The notes under the pieces are model-generated. The model was not told the origin of the DNA and did no database searches. It saw only the letters and a program-made list of their open reading frames with translations. This document shows, piece after piece, positions 36,002 to 46,294 of a stretch of DNA of 64,000 bases. The stretch is taken from NCBI GenBank assembly GCA_000004985.1, contig GG738855.1; one strand, given 5' to 3'. Numbering within the stretch: position 1 is the stretch's first letter; each line of letters begins with the position of its first letter. The translations under genes were made by a program, and so were the position numbers. The DNA comes from Naegleria gruberi. Taxonomy: Eukaryota.

Positions 36002-36156
36002 TTTTCCCTCCCGATAATATCAAAATAATCAAATTTCTTCATTGGTTTTAATAATAAAAATATAAAAACTCTTTCTAAAACTGAGATTGTAATTCTTTAA
36101 TAATAATTATTCATTAATTAATTGAATTTTAATAAAAGTTAACAATAATAATTGAC

Positions 36157-38820
36157 ATGAAAAAAATGCAAAACAATGATGAAACAATGCTAATTGATGA
36201 AAGTCACAATAGTGTCTTGAATAAAGAAGAATCGGACATGATCCAATTTATTCCCTTCCAAGAGGGAATTTCATTTCAATATAATAGAGTTTACTTTCCT
36301 CTTTCAATGATGAGAAAATTGAGGAGTAGAAGACCAAATAATAATAATTCAACATTATCACTGGCTGACGATACGCAAAGTGTCAAATCATCTACTTCAT
36401 CAAAAAAGTCGACACAATCAAATTCATCGAAAAAAAGCACCACTAGCACTTCATCTAAGAAGGTGTCTCTGGTGGCAAAAGGTTCAACAACATGTAAGGT
36501 TAATTATTGTCTGGATGGACCTTGTATTGTCACTTTGAATGAGATTAAAATTATTTCGAGTACTTGGGTAATTGATGATACTTTACTCTCTCCATCACAA
36601 TCAGAGGAAGATAATCGAATTTCAAAGTTGGCCAAGGCACAATCTAATGTGTTTTTATTCGATGAGTCAACTATGGAAAGTACTAGTGATTTTTTACAGA
36701 CAATGCAGGATAATATTCTGAATTGCAAGAAATTCGAAATTAAGAATGTGGAATTGTTGGACATGTGTGCAGAAAATGCATCAGAAATAATACTCAAACC
36801 AATTAATCCAAAATTCAAACCTGAAACTAATCCACAAGCTATCAGTATGAAAAATTTGAGATATCACTCTCTCTATTTGAATAATAATAGTATAATTTGG
36901 TTCTCGAATAATGAAGTTTACAAAGTGATCTCTGTTATTTCCAACTCATCAGCCAAATCCAAACCAAATATGAAACACAATATCTTCAGAATTGTTTCAG
37001 CAACAAAAATTATAGTAGAAGATTCAGGTTTTGAAAATAATCAATCAAAGGATCATAATGAGGTTGAACAGGCTCCTGAAACGAGTTTCTTCCTTGAATC
37101 TAAACCTTGTAAAGAGCTCTTATCACTTCTCAAGGTAGCAAACAGATTCTTCCATCATACCTTCCTCTCCTCAAATAATTTCTCACATGGTGCTATTACA
37201 ATCACAACCCCTTATTCAATTCTAGTTCATGGTCCTCACAATATTGGAAAAACGAGCTCAGTTAAAAACATTTCAAGATATTTGAAGAGTCCACTCGTAT
37301 CCGTGAATTGTAATACTTTGGGAGGAGGAGCTCTAGGAAATGAGCAAGCCATAACTTCCATTGTAAATAGATTGTATGAAAGTTTGGAAAGGAGATGGAA
37401 TTCTAAGAAATCAAATGACATTACACTTGTGTTATTCCTGGATGATTTGGATAAGATTCAGCAGGGTTTATTCTCTTCCCTCATTTCCATTCAAGAGGAA
37501 ATGAAAAAGGCTGAAAATATTCCTAAAATTCCAAATGTTATTGTAAATATTATCATTATTGGTTCAGCATCGAGCGATTCAGAGTTTATGAAAAAGATGG
37601 AAATGAGAGGAAAATTCCAAAGAGAAGTGAAATTTGACCTTCCAAATATTGAAGAAAGAAGACAATTCCTCGAATTATTATATTCAAAAGATTATTCCAA
37701 TGTGCATTTTAAAACTATTGCTGATACAGCCACTGGTTTTCAATTCTATGATTTAGTTAGAGTGTTCAGTTCTCTTAATGCGGATGTGGGTTTTAATAAG
37801 GACATTAATATCAATACTGAATATGTTCTGAGAAGAATTATCGAGCTGGGAATTACACCATCCATCAAGTCACTCACAGATTACAATGAGGGACAAGAAG
37901 AAACACCACTCGGAGGAGATGAATCAAGTAGTGAGAAACATTGGAACAAGATTGGTGGTCTTTCCAATCTCAAACAAAAAATCAGACAAGCTGCTGAATG
38001 GCCAATGAAATATCCAGACAGTTTCAAGAGATTAGGACTCCAACCACCAAGAGGTATTCTCCTGTATGGTATTCCTGGAACAGGTAAAACAACTCTTGTC
38101 AGAACACTTGCTCTCTCAACCAATTCTACCTTTATCTATTGTAATGTTGCTCAAGTATACTCTCCATATGTAGGAGAAGCTGAAAGAGCCATTAGAGACA
38201 TCATGTCGAAAGCAAGAATGATGAATCCTTCAGTGGTATTTTTCGATGAAATTGATGCAATCGTAGGCAAGAGAGATTTCTCTATGGGAGGAGCTGATTC
38301 TGTGAGCAGTAGAGTTTTATCAACCCTCCTCAACGAAATGGATGGCATTGAGAGTACAAAGAATTTACTAGTTGTTGCAGCCACCAATAGACCTGATATG
38401 ATTGATAGTGCCTTAATGAGACCTGGCAGATTGGAACACCTACTTCACGTACCACCACCAGATAAAGAAGCCAAGGAGTCTATATTTGAAATTCATACCA
38501 AGAATCTAGGAGAAACATTCTTAAACTCATCCAATCAACTCATTCATCGATCAGAGTTCATTAAGAATCTGGTAGAATGTGAGGAAATTTCAGGTGATAT
38601 GACTGGTGCAGAAATAGAGGCACTATGTAGAGAGGCCTGTATGGCAGCCATTCGTGATTTAGAAAGAAACAAACAGGCAATTCCTTCTAACATTATCATT
38701 TCATGGCAAAATTTCAAGGATGCAAGAAAACGAGTTCAACCCTTCCTCTCCACTGAAGAAGGTAAGAAAATGCTCGTCTTTTATGAAAAGTTTGAAACAA
38801 GTTTTGATAAAAACAGATAA
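36157..38820 (+). CDS. Type-II AAA+ ATPase with degenerate D1 and canonical D2 (PEX6/PEX1/AFG2-like)
   Basis: D2 has Walker A GILLYGIPGTGKTT, Walker B VVFFDEIDAI, sensor/arginine-finger regions (ATNRPDMIDSALMRPGRLE) and a C-terminal helical lid. D1 (LVHGPHNIGKTSSV, VLFLDDLD) is degenerate, as in PEX6. The N-terminal ~300 aa has no recognisable domain. Confidence 0.7.
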   Translation: MKKMQNNDETMLIDESHNSVLNKEESDMIQFIPFQEGISFQYNRVYFPLSMMRKLRSRRPNNNNSTLSLADDTQSVKSSTSSKKSTQSNSSKKSTTSTSSKKVSLVAKGSTTCKVNYCLDGPCIVTLNEIKIISSTWVIDDTLLSPSQSEEDNRISKLAKAQSNVFLFDESTMESTSDFLQTMQDNILNCKKFEIKNVELLDMCAENASEIILKPINPKFKPETNPQAISMKNLRYHSLYLNNNSIIWFSNNEVYKVISVISNSSAKSKPNMKHNIFRIVSATKIIVEDSGFENNQSKDHNEVEQAPETSFFLESKPCKELLSLLKVANRFFHHTFLSSNNFSHGAITITTPYSILVHGPHNIGKTSSVKNISRYLKSPLVSVNCNTLGGGALGNEQAITSIVNRLYESLERRWNSKKSNDITLVLFLDDLDKIQQGLFSSLISIQEEMKKAENIPKIPNVIVNIIIIGSASSDSEFMKKMEMRGKFQREVKFDLPNIEERRQFLELLYSKDYSNVHFKTIADTATGFQFYDLVRVFSSLNADVGFNKDININTEYVLRRIIELGITPSIKSLTDYNEGQEETPLGGDESSSEKHWNKIGGLSNLKQKIRQAAEWPMKYPDSFKRLGLQPPRGILLYGIPGTGKTTLVRTLALSTNSTFIYCNVAQVYSPYVGEAERAIRDIMSKARMMNPSVVFFDEIDAIVGKRDFSMGGADSVSSRVLSTLLNEMDGIESTKNLLVVAATNRPDMIDSALMRPGRLEHLLHVPPPDKEAKESIFEIHTKNLGETFLNSSNQLIHRSEFIKNLVECEEISGDMTGAEIEALCREACMAAIRDLERNKQAIPSNIIISWQNFKDARKRVQPFLSTEEGKKMLVFYEKFETSFDKNR

Positions 38821-38927
38821 TTTTCAATTAGTATTGCTTTTTGTAAACTGTTTTCATTATCCAAGAATAATGGCATCTTATCCTATTTAATATTTAATTA
38901 TGAATTTAAAATTATTATTATAAAAAA

Positions 38928-40500
38928 ATGAGTACACAGCCCAATCATCAGCTGCCACTCCTCCTCGACAATGATCATCATCACTCTATCAATAGTGGTG
39001 GTGGCGGAAATAGTGGTGGCAATGTGAGTATGGGTAATATTATTGGTGGTGTTGGTAATAATAATTTGGGATTTGGATCACTACAACCCTTTGAAGTACC
39101 CGATGCTTTCGGAATGGTTGAGGATGGAATTTATAGAAGCTCGGTTCCTAAAGCTGAAAAACAATTTCAATATTTAAAAACATTGAATTTAAAAACTATA
39201 TTATTTCTCTCTCAGGAAATTATATTGAAATCATTTACATCGTTTTTAGAGGAGGAGAAAATTGATTTAATAGAATTAGGATTATTGATTTCTAATAGAA
39301 CATTGAGTGGAGGATTGAAAATGTCATCCAATTTGAGATCGGATCAACCTTTATCACATTCTGCCTCTTCAAGCTCATTCGGAGGTATGTTATATCAGAT
39401 TACTTTGATTATTCTATAATATGCGAATATTACAATGATTAGATATGTCACCTCACTCTCCTAATGGATCTAGTCCTAAACCAAGCCTCTTTTCACCTTC
39501 ATCAAATTCTTCACTTTCAACTACCACAACTGTAGTCAATACTACATCGAATCAAACAAATACATCATCATCAACACCCTATCCAAGTCTTGCAAATAAT
39601 ACAGTCTCTCCAATTCCTCCTGCTTTACAAATTATTAATAATATTTCACTCTCTAATATTTCTTCTTCAAAAGGATTGGGATTTACCGATGAAATTTATA
39701 ATACTAAACATTGTACAGATGATCTCATAAAGGAAGCTCTGGAGATTTTAATGGACAAATCATATCATCCCATTATGGTAGTTTGCTCCTCTGGAATTCA
39801 TTTAACAGGAACTCTCATTGGATGTCTGAGAAAGTTACAGGACTGGTCACTGACCTCAATTTTTACTGAATATGAATGTTTTGCTGGAAATAATTCTCGC
39901 CACATTGATCAACAATTTATAGAAATGTTTGATACAGACCTTGTCACTCTACCTACAGAGTCATCAGGTAATTTACCTCAATGGTTTGTGGAGCACAAGA
40001 AAATGAAAAGAGAAGAGGAACGAGAATTTGAGGAAATGATGAAATATCTCGCAATGAGGAAGAACAAAACAATACCATTACCACCACCACCTCACCCAAC
40101 CAATGAATCCACAACTACCCACTCAACCACAACAACTGCTACAACAGGTCATCACAGAACTGGAAGTATTGTAATTTCGCACCATATTCACAGCAATGAT
40201 CATCATTTATCAGCTTTACCAACTAGTCATCATTTCCCAAGTGCAACACTTGCCCGACCTCATTCACCAAATAGACGGTTAAGCAATGGTTTGATTAACA
40301 ATATTAGGAAATCAAACTCTAATGAGAGTATTCACCTTCATCAACAACCACACACTGATGCAATCCTTTCTGAAAATACTGAATTGTCACCGTTCAAATT
40401 TACCTATCAACGATACATGATGGATAAACATTGTCCACTCATTAGTGAAAAATCCAACTATTCAACTTCAAGTATTGTAGAGCAGGATGAAGATGATTAG
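38928..40500 (+). CDS. Siw14/PFA-DSP family tyrosine phosphatase-like protein with substituted catalytic arginine (probable pseudophosphatase), two exons
   Basis: Exon 1 (38928 to about 39384) and exon 2 (about 39443-40500) are joined in frame across a 58-nt GTATGT...TTAG intron. Family blocks are present: FEVPDAFGMVEDGIYRSSVPKAEKQFQYLKTLNLKTILFLSQE and GTLIGCLRKLQDWSLTSIFTEYECFAGNNSRHIDQQFIEMFD. The P-loop reads VCSSGIHLTG, not HCxRGKHRTG. Confidence 0.75.
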
Positions 40501-40534
40501 GCGAGCTCATATGTAAAAGGATGAATAAATTAAT

Positions 40535-41779
40535 TTATTTTGTAACCTTGAACTTTTGAACCTTTTCCAACAAACTCTTAGCATTTTGGTCATTCTTAAA
40601 GTGTTCACGGACTGGGGCAAGGATAGCATTAATAGCCTTAGACAAAGCTGGCTTAAGTTCAGAAGGATGCAAGGTTTGTTCAGCAAAGTCCTTTTCAATT
40701 TCTTCATAGGTTGTGTAAGTCTTATTTCCACCGAACTTTTCGTCTTTTTCAATCAAAAGTTCACCTCTCATTGGTAAAATAATATGTTTGATATATTCAA
40801 GAGGTGGGTTCTTTTCAATATTACCTGGTTCACAGAAAGCACTCTTAACTTTCTTATTGACATCAGCTTCACTATCTTCCATGAAAATAGCAGCAAGTGG
40901 ATTAGATTTGGCCATCTTTGTTGAACCATCCAAACCTGGCAACATGTGGTGAGAGAGAATGATTGGAGAGAATCTGAACTTTGATTTAGTCTTCTTATCC
41001 TTTCTCTTCAATTCGGAATATTCACGAGCCAACATGTTGACCTTTCTTTGATCCATACCCAATTGACAGATATCAGCCTTCAAATAGAAGATATCAGCAC
41101 ATTGCATACATGGATAAAAGATTTGAGCAGCACTCAAGTCTTCGGCTTCGTTACGACCCATAATTTGTGAGCAACGTTTAATACGGGCCAAATTGTTATT
41201 ACGAGCAATATCAAGGACATTTAACCAATAAGTGTTAGGGTCCTTGTTAATAATTTCACTACTCCAAACAAATTCGACATTATTCAAATCCATACCAATA
41301 CTCTTCCATACTTCAATCATGTATTTACCAACAGTTTGAATCTTTTCCAAATCACCATCCATCTTGTTATTCATGAGAGCGAACCAATCGGCAACCAAAA
41401 AGATGAATTTACATCCAGCCTTGGTAAGCTTATTAACATTGATAGCCTTCATAACACCTTGGGCAATGTGAATACGGCCTGATGGTTCAAAACCGTCATA
41501 ACAAATAATTTGTTCCTTCTTATTCTTGATGAGAACACGGAGTTCATCTTCTTGAATACATTCTTCACCAACACTTCTAATCAAATTGAATCTTGCTTCT
41601 TGTTCTTCAGTAAGTTCAGTGACTGGACCTGAAGGTTGTTGAGAAATTGTGGTTTCCTCGAGTTGAGAGGTAACAGCTTCAACTTGTTGCTCTACGCTTT
41701 TTTGTTCTTCAGTATTGGACATTTTTTTTCTTATCAATAAAAAATACGAGTGTGACTCATCGCCACTTTTTGAGCTCAT
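40535..41779 (-). CDS. Cytoplasmic tyrosyl-tRNA synthetase (class I)
   Basis: Rossmann core CYDGFEPSGRIHIAQG (HIGH-like), the KMAKS (KMSKS) loop, and KKVKSAFCEPGNIEKNPPLEYIKHIILP...FGGNKTYTTYEEIEKDFAEQTLHPSELK, colinear with eukaryotic TyrRS. The likely true start is the Met near 41722. Confidence 0.9.
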   Translation of the reverse strand: MSSKSGDESHSYFLLIRKKMSNTEEQKSVEQQVEAVTSQLEETTISQQPSGPVTELTEEQEARFNLIRSVGEECIQEDELRVLIKNKKEQIICYDGFEPSGRIHIAQGVMKAINVNKLTKAGCKFIFLVADWFALMNNKMDGDLEKIQTVGKYMIEVWKSIGMDLNNVEFVWSSEIINKDPNTYWLNVLDIARNNNLARIKRCSQIMGRNEAEDLSAAQIFYPCMQCADIFYLKADICQLGMDQRKVNMLAREYSELKRKDKKTKSKFRFSPIILSHHMLPGLDGSTKMAKSNPLAAIFMEDSEADVNKKVKSAFCEPGNIEKNPPLEYIKHIILPMRGELLIEKDEKFGGNKTYTTYEEIEKDFAEQTLHPSELKPALSKAINAILAPVREHFKNDQNAKSLLEKVQKFKVTK

Positions 41780-42064
41780 CCGGAGAAAACAAGCGAAAAA
41801 AACTTGTAAAAGCTATCTCACGTGCAGTAGTTATTAATAATTATCGAATCGATTCAATCACATTTATTTCATGTGCAAAACCAGATTGGAGGTAATAATG
41901 CTGGCTTATTATAGTGATGAATCCAGTAATAGACAAGCGATGAGATAATTGCATTGTTGCATTTTGGTTATTTTTCTCAATCTCTATTTTTTGATATTTT
42001 TGAATAACTTTCCATTTGTGAAATAGCCGAACAATCAAGCCATTTGAAGAATTGTAATAATCCA

Positions 42065-43021
42065 TTATTTCTTTTCCTTTGCTTGATGTTTCATTATTTC
42101 ACTGTATTGGTGATTAAATATTTTTGTTAATTGACTGAGTCTTGAATTGGTTTGATCGTCAGTGGTTGTTCGTTTGGCTTTTGCAATTAATGTTAATGAA
42201 TGATACTTTTTGAGGAGAGTAAGAATGTCTTTCCTATCAGCAAATTCCTTACAAACAATCTCAAATTCAATGCTCGAAAAATCTACGGAAACGGACAAAG
42301 GATTTGATTCCATGTTTCCCGTTAATGAATCATATAAATATCCAATTAATTGAATATCCTTCTTCTCGAATAATATGTAGTACGAAAGAGTCAGATAGAA
42401 TAATCTGGCTTTCTGTGAATTATTACTCATTAATTTTCCAGCTAATTCCAATCCCTGTTTGAATCGACTTTTGTTCTCCTCCTTTAACGCCCACTCCTTT
42501 TTCAGTTCATTAAATACTTCCTCAAATAAATTATTACAAGAAATTCTATGACTCTCAGTTATTTGTTTCCATTCATCATTCCACTTTTCAATTTTAATAT
42601 TGATCGGATCTATTTTAGAGGGAGATGGTGTGATAACTTCAACATTTAAATTCACAGGTTTATCAGGGGTTTTCTCTACCTTGTTTTCTGTGATTTTCTC
42701 TTTGGGTTTTTCAGGTGTTATTGTTACTGGTATTATTTCTTCTTCATCAGGTATCGATTGTATTTCCGACATCATACTAGAAATTACTATTGGCTCCATT
42801 GTTTCAGAAGGCTTATTTGGTTTTTTCTTTTTTGAAATGGGCACTTCTGTTGAAATAGGTGCCTCTTCCTCACTATCATCATCATCGCTAAGTGATGTCC
42901 TATTATTAAAGAGGCTAACCATAGATCTTTTTCCATTTCTATTTGTACTACTATTACTGACAACTACAGATGAAGAAGCTATTGGTATCTTTTCCTCTGG
43001 TAATGCACTATCTATTTTCAA
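42065..43021 (-). CDS. Hypothetical protein; N-terminus may extend into the assembly gap
   Basis: 318-aa ORF with an acidic, Ser-rich N-half and a helical C-half. An upstream same-strand ORF runs into the N-run at 43218-43267. Confidence 0.4.
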   Translation of the reverse strand: MKIDSALPEEKIPIASSSVVVSNSSTNRNGKRSMVSLFNNRTSLSDDDDSEEEAPISTEVPISKKKKPNKPSETMEPIVISSMMSEIQSIPDEEEIIPVTITPEKPKEKITENKVEKTPDKPVNLNVEVITPSPSKIDPINIKIEKWNDEWKQITESHRISCNNLFEEVFNELKKEWALKEENKSRFKQGLELAGKLMSNNSQKARLFYLTLSYYILFEKKDIQLIGYLYDSLTGNMESNPLSVSVDFSSIEFEIVCKEFADRKDILTLLKKYHSLTLIAKAKRTTTDDQTNSRLSQLTKIFNHQYSEIMKHQAKEKK

Positions 43022-43217
43022 CTCATCGGGAATGTCATATCTTTCATTATGCTCATCAGAGATTAATGATTTTAAAGTCGATGGTGGAGTTGTTATTGTT
43101 GTTTGAAAATATTTACTCTTAAGAGTGGGATTTCGATTGAATGATGTAGATGATGAGGATGTTTGTTGTTTATCGGATTTAAGTGTTTGATCTTGTTGTT
43201 TCTTATTCTCTGGTGGT

Positions 43218-43267
43218 NNNNNNNNNNNNNNNNNNNNNNNNNNNNNNNNNNNNNNNNNNNNNNNNNN
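43218..43267. other. Assembly gap (run of N)
   Basis: 50 n characters, plus an isolated n at 43303. Confidence 0.99.
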
Positions 43268-43407
43268 CTAATCGTAGGCAACAAGTAATACAATTTTTTT
43301 GANTTGGGAGACACTATGAAATTTTGTAAGGCATGTTGTTGTGTCAGTGTTGAATTGAAAAACAATCATTCTTGTTTATCATTAGAATATTGATTCAATT
43401 AAAAAAA

Positions 43408-43638
43408 ATGACAGAAAAGAACATTGAAGCACTCAAATTGTTTGTCAAAGTTTTGAGAACGGTAAGAAAATTACCACCAGAAACTAGATCATACTATCGG
43501 AATTATGCCTATCAACATTTTGTTAATCACAAATCGGAAAATGATGAACGTGCTCACCAAATCATTGAACGTGCTAAACAGGATATTGAATGGATTGAAA
43601 GAAAATATGGAGTTTATGAATCACCATCTAATCAATAA
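43408..43638 (+). CDS. LYR-motif (Complex1_LYR) family small protein
   Basis: A small ORF of about 77 aa, MTEKNIEALKLFVKVLRTVRKLPPETRSYYRNYAYQHFVNH, has the L-x-x-L-(Y/F)-(R/K) pattern and the basic helices of LYRM proteins. Confidence 0.5.
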   Translation: MTEKNIEALKLFVKVLRTVRKLPPETRSYYRNYAYQHFVNHKSENDERAHQIIERAKQDIEWIERKYGVYESPSNQ

Positions 43639-43691
43639 TTTGTAAATTATTATTTTGTAAATATTTTGTCACAAGAACTTGAAATAAAAGC

Positions 43692-44855
43692 TTAATCATA
43701 ATAATAAGTACTCAAACGATAACGAATGAAAAATCCAATAGCACAACATGTTACTTGGAAGATAACCATAATAATGGTGAGTGTGCTCTCTTTCATTGGT
43801 CCAGTAATTTCCAAAATCAAGTTCAAAAGTGTCCAATTCTTACTACTTTCCAATTTTCCTGTAGCTTGATTGAATTTAGGAATACGATGTCTAGGACAAG
43901 GTATTATTCCGAACAGTTGTGGAGTGGATATTAAAAAGTTCAATATTTGTGGAATGAGGAAAAGCATCAAAGTCTTACTAAAGTGACCCATGATACCAGT
44001 AACAGCAAGAATCATGCCAGCAAAATAAGTATAGGTATCACCAACAAAGACTTCACTTGGATACCAATTATAGTACAATAATCCAAAGCTTACAGCAATG
44101 AATGGAATGATACAAACAATGGAGAATAAGTGTTGTTCATTTCCAGCTTCAAATTCAACAAAGTTATGTAATAAAATTGAGAGACCAATGACAATAGATT
44201 GACTAACTTCCAATCCATTAATACCAGCCAAAATATTGATAGTATTTGTACAAAAGACTGAAACTAAACACATATAAACCTTATAAAGGATACCAAGTTC
44301 CAACATCCAATAATTGTCTCCAACAGTTGTGGCAATACTTTCAAAGAATTGGAATGCTCTCAAAGGCTTTGGAATGACTACTGAAGTCAATCCAGAATAA
44401 GTTGTGAGGAGAGGAAGAGCAGCGAGAGTTGGGAGAATCAATTTGTAACGCCATTTTAACTCCAATACATCATCAGCAAATCCAAGGAAAAGCATAAAAC
44501 AAGTACAGAATAATCCAGCAATATAAAGATCATGTTGGGCCTTGTCTTGGAACATTTCTTGGATGAAACAAACACAAACAATATAAACAACTCCCGGAAC
44601 AATACCCAGTGATTCTGGTACTTTAGTTTTAGCTCCTTCTTCGCCCTTATTCAAATCCTTTCCAGCCAAGCCAGCTTTTTCATTCAAACCCTTGATAGAA
44701 GGTATCATAAATAAAGTTACAGCATATCCGATCAAACTAATAATAATAGATATTTGTATCATGTAATTACTTCTCAACACTTCGTGTGTCAAGAACATGT
44801 AAAGAAGCGGAGCAATCAATAACAAGCCTCCAATGTAATTGATCTTTGATTGCAT
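43692..44855 (-). CDS. ALG7: UDP-GlcNAc:dolichyl-phosphate GlcNAc-1-phosphotransferase (ALG7/DPAGT1)
   Basis: A polytopic membrane protein. The motif NTINILAGINGLEVSQS matches the conserved GPT N(A/T)INI(L/Y)AGINGLE(V)GQS block, and the D-D motif region FADDVLELKWRYK is present. Confidence 0.85.
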   Translation of the reverse strand: MQSKINYIGGLLLIAPLLYMFLTHEVLRSNYMIQISIIISLIGYAVTLFMIPSIKGLNEKAGLAGKDLNKGEEGAKTKVPESLGIVPGVVYIVCVCFIQEMFQDKAQHDLYIAGLFCTCFMLFLGFADDVLELKWRYKLILPTLAALPLLTTYSGLTSVVIPKPLRAFQFFESIATTVGDNYWMLELGILYKVYMCLVSVFCTNTINILAGINGLEVSQSIVIGLSILLHNFVEFEAGNEQHLFSIVCIIPFIAVSFGLLYYNWYPSEVFVGDTYTYFAGMILAVTGIMGHFSKTLMLFLIPQILNFLISTPQLFGIIPCPRHRIPKFNQATGKLESSKNWTLLNLILEITGPMKESTLTIIMVIFQVTCCAIGFFIRYRLSTYYYD

Positions 44856-45054
44856 TTTTTCTTGTTATTTTCGTGTTTTGACAACCAGATAAAAAGGTAA
44901 ATAACAAAACGTGTCCGTACAGATTTTCATTGTTTTACAGAATAGTTCTCTATTCCATTTGTTAGTTTTAATGGATCTAATAAATTTATTAATTATGAAA
45001 CTTTGATCATAATAAATTTCTTTTTTATTTCTTTTATTTTTTTTTAATAATAAA

Positions 45055-45817
45055 ATGCCAGCATTGAAGAAGCCAACAAATACGTTGCTGAAAAACACTC
45101 AAGTATCAGCTTCCTCCTCGGGAGTTAATAATAATACATCATCACTGCCAACAACACATGTTGGTGCCTCCTCTTCTTCTACCGTACCAAGAAGTGGCAC
45201 GATTTTGATGAATAATGTGCCTCAAAGTAATACTCTGGAGAATACACCAAAAAGGACTGTACAAATGTTGTCGGCTCCCCCTCAACAACAGGCTCAAACA
45301 GCTTCTCCTTCTACAACAACTACACAAGCCAAGAGAGGAAGAAAAAAGAAATCGGATACAGTCAAGAAGGAATTATTTGTCGATACAGCAACTAAACCCG
45401 AAGCACCTACAACAGAACCTGTAACATCATCAATCATTCAAAATAATAATACTACACCAACAAAATTAGTGTGCCCATCAACACCTACAAGAAAAAAGAA
45501 GAATAGACCAACATTTGCTGTAGCAAAAATCAAAAGAATAATTCAATCAGATGAGGAAATTGGTAAAATATCTGCTGTTGTTCCTATTTTAATATCTAGG
45601 GCTTTGGAACTTTTTATTCAGGATTTAGTTGTCACATCATCAAAAATTACTAAAAAGAAGAATGCTGGTACTGTGACAACAGCTCACTTGAAAGAGACAA
45701 TAGAGGCAGAGGATAGATTTGATTTTTTGAGAAACAAGGTCAAAAATATTCAATTATTATCTACATCTAACGATGCTGTAATGAGTGACGATGATGAAAG
45801 TACAGGAAAGAAAGTAA
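45055..45817 (+). CDS. Histone-fold protein (NF-YC/POLE4/DRAP1-like), 3' end lost in assembly gap
   Basis: A Ser/Thr/Gln-rich N-terminus precedes the histone fold RPTFAVAKIKRIIQSDEEIGKISAVVPILISRALELFIQDLVVTSSKITKKKNAGTVTTAHLKETIEAEDRFDFL. The ORF runs into the N-run beginning at 45818. Confidence 0.65.
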
Positions 45818-46294
45818 NNNNNNNNNNNNNNNNNNNNNNNNNNNNNNNNNNNNNNNNNNNNNNNNNNNNNNNNNNNNNNNNNNNNNNNNNNNNNNNNNNN
45901 NNNNNNNNNNNNNNNNNNNNNNNNNNNNNNNNNNNNNNNNNNNNNNNNNNNNNNNNNNNNNNNNNNNNNNNNNNNNNNNNNNNNNNNNNNNNNNNNNNNN
46001 NNNNNNNNNNNNNNNNNNNNNNNNNNNNNNNNNNNNNNNNNNNNNNNNNNNNNNNNNNNNNNNNNNNNNNNNNNNNNNNNNNNNNNNNNNNNNNNNNNNN
46101 NNNNNNNNNNNNNNNNNNNNNNNNNNNNNNNNNNNNNNNNNNNNNNNNNNNNNNNNNNNNNNNNNNNNNNNNNNNNNNNNNNNNNNNNNNNNNNNNNNNN
46201 NNNNNNNNNNNNNNNNNNNNNNNNNNNNNNNNNNNNNNNNNNNNNNNNNNNNNNNNNNNNNNNNNNNNNNNNNNNNNNNNNNNNNNNNNNNNNN
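45818..46294. other. Assembly gap (run of N)
   Basis: 477 consecutive n characters. The gap truncates the histone-fold gene on the + strand and the 3' end of the S1P gene on the - strand. Confidence 0.99.

Noticed and set aside
42600-43106. 168-aa plus-strand ORF antisense to the 42065-43021 gene
   Set aside because: It is the mirror of a Ser/Asp-rich coding region (GGV/SSS runs), with no start context or domain. It is an antisense artefact.
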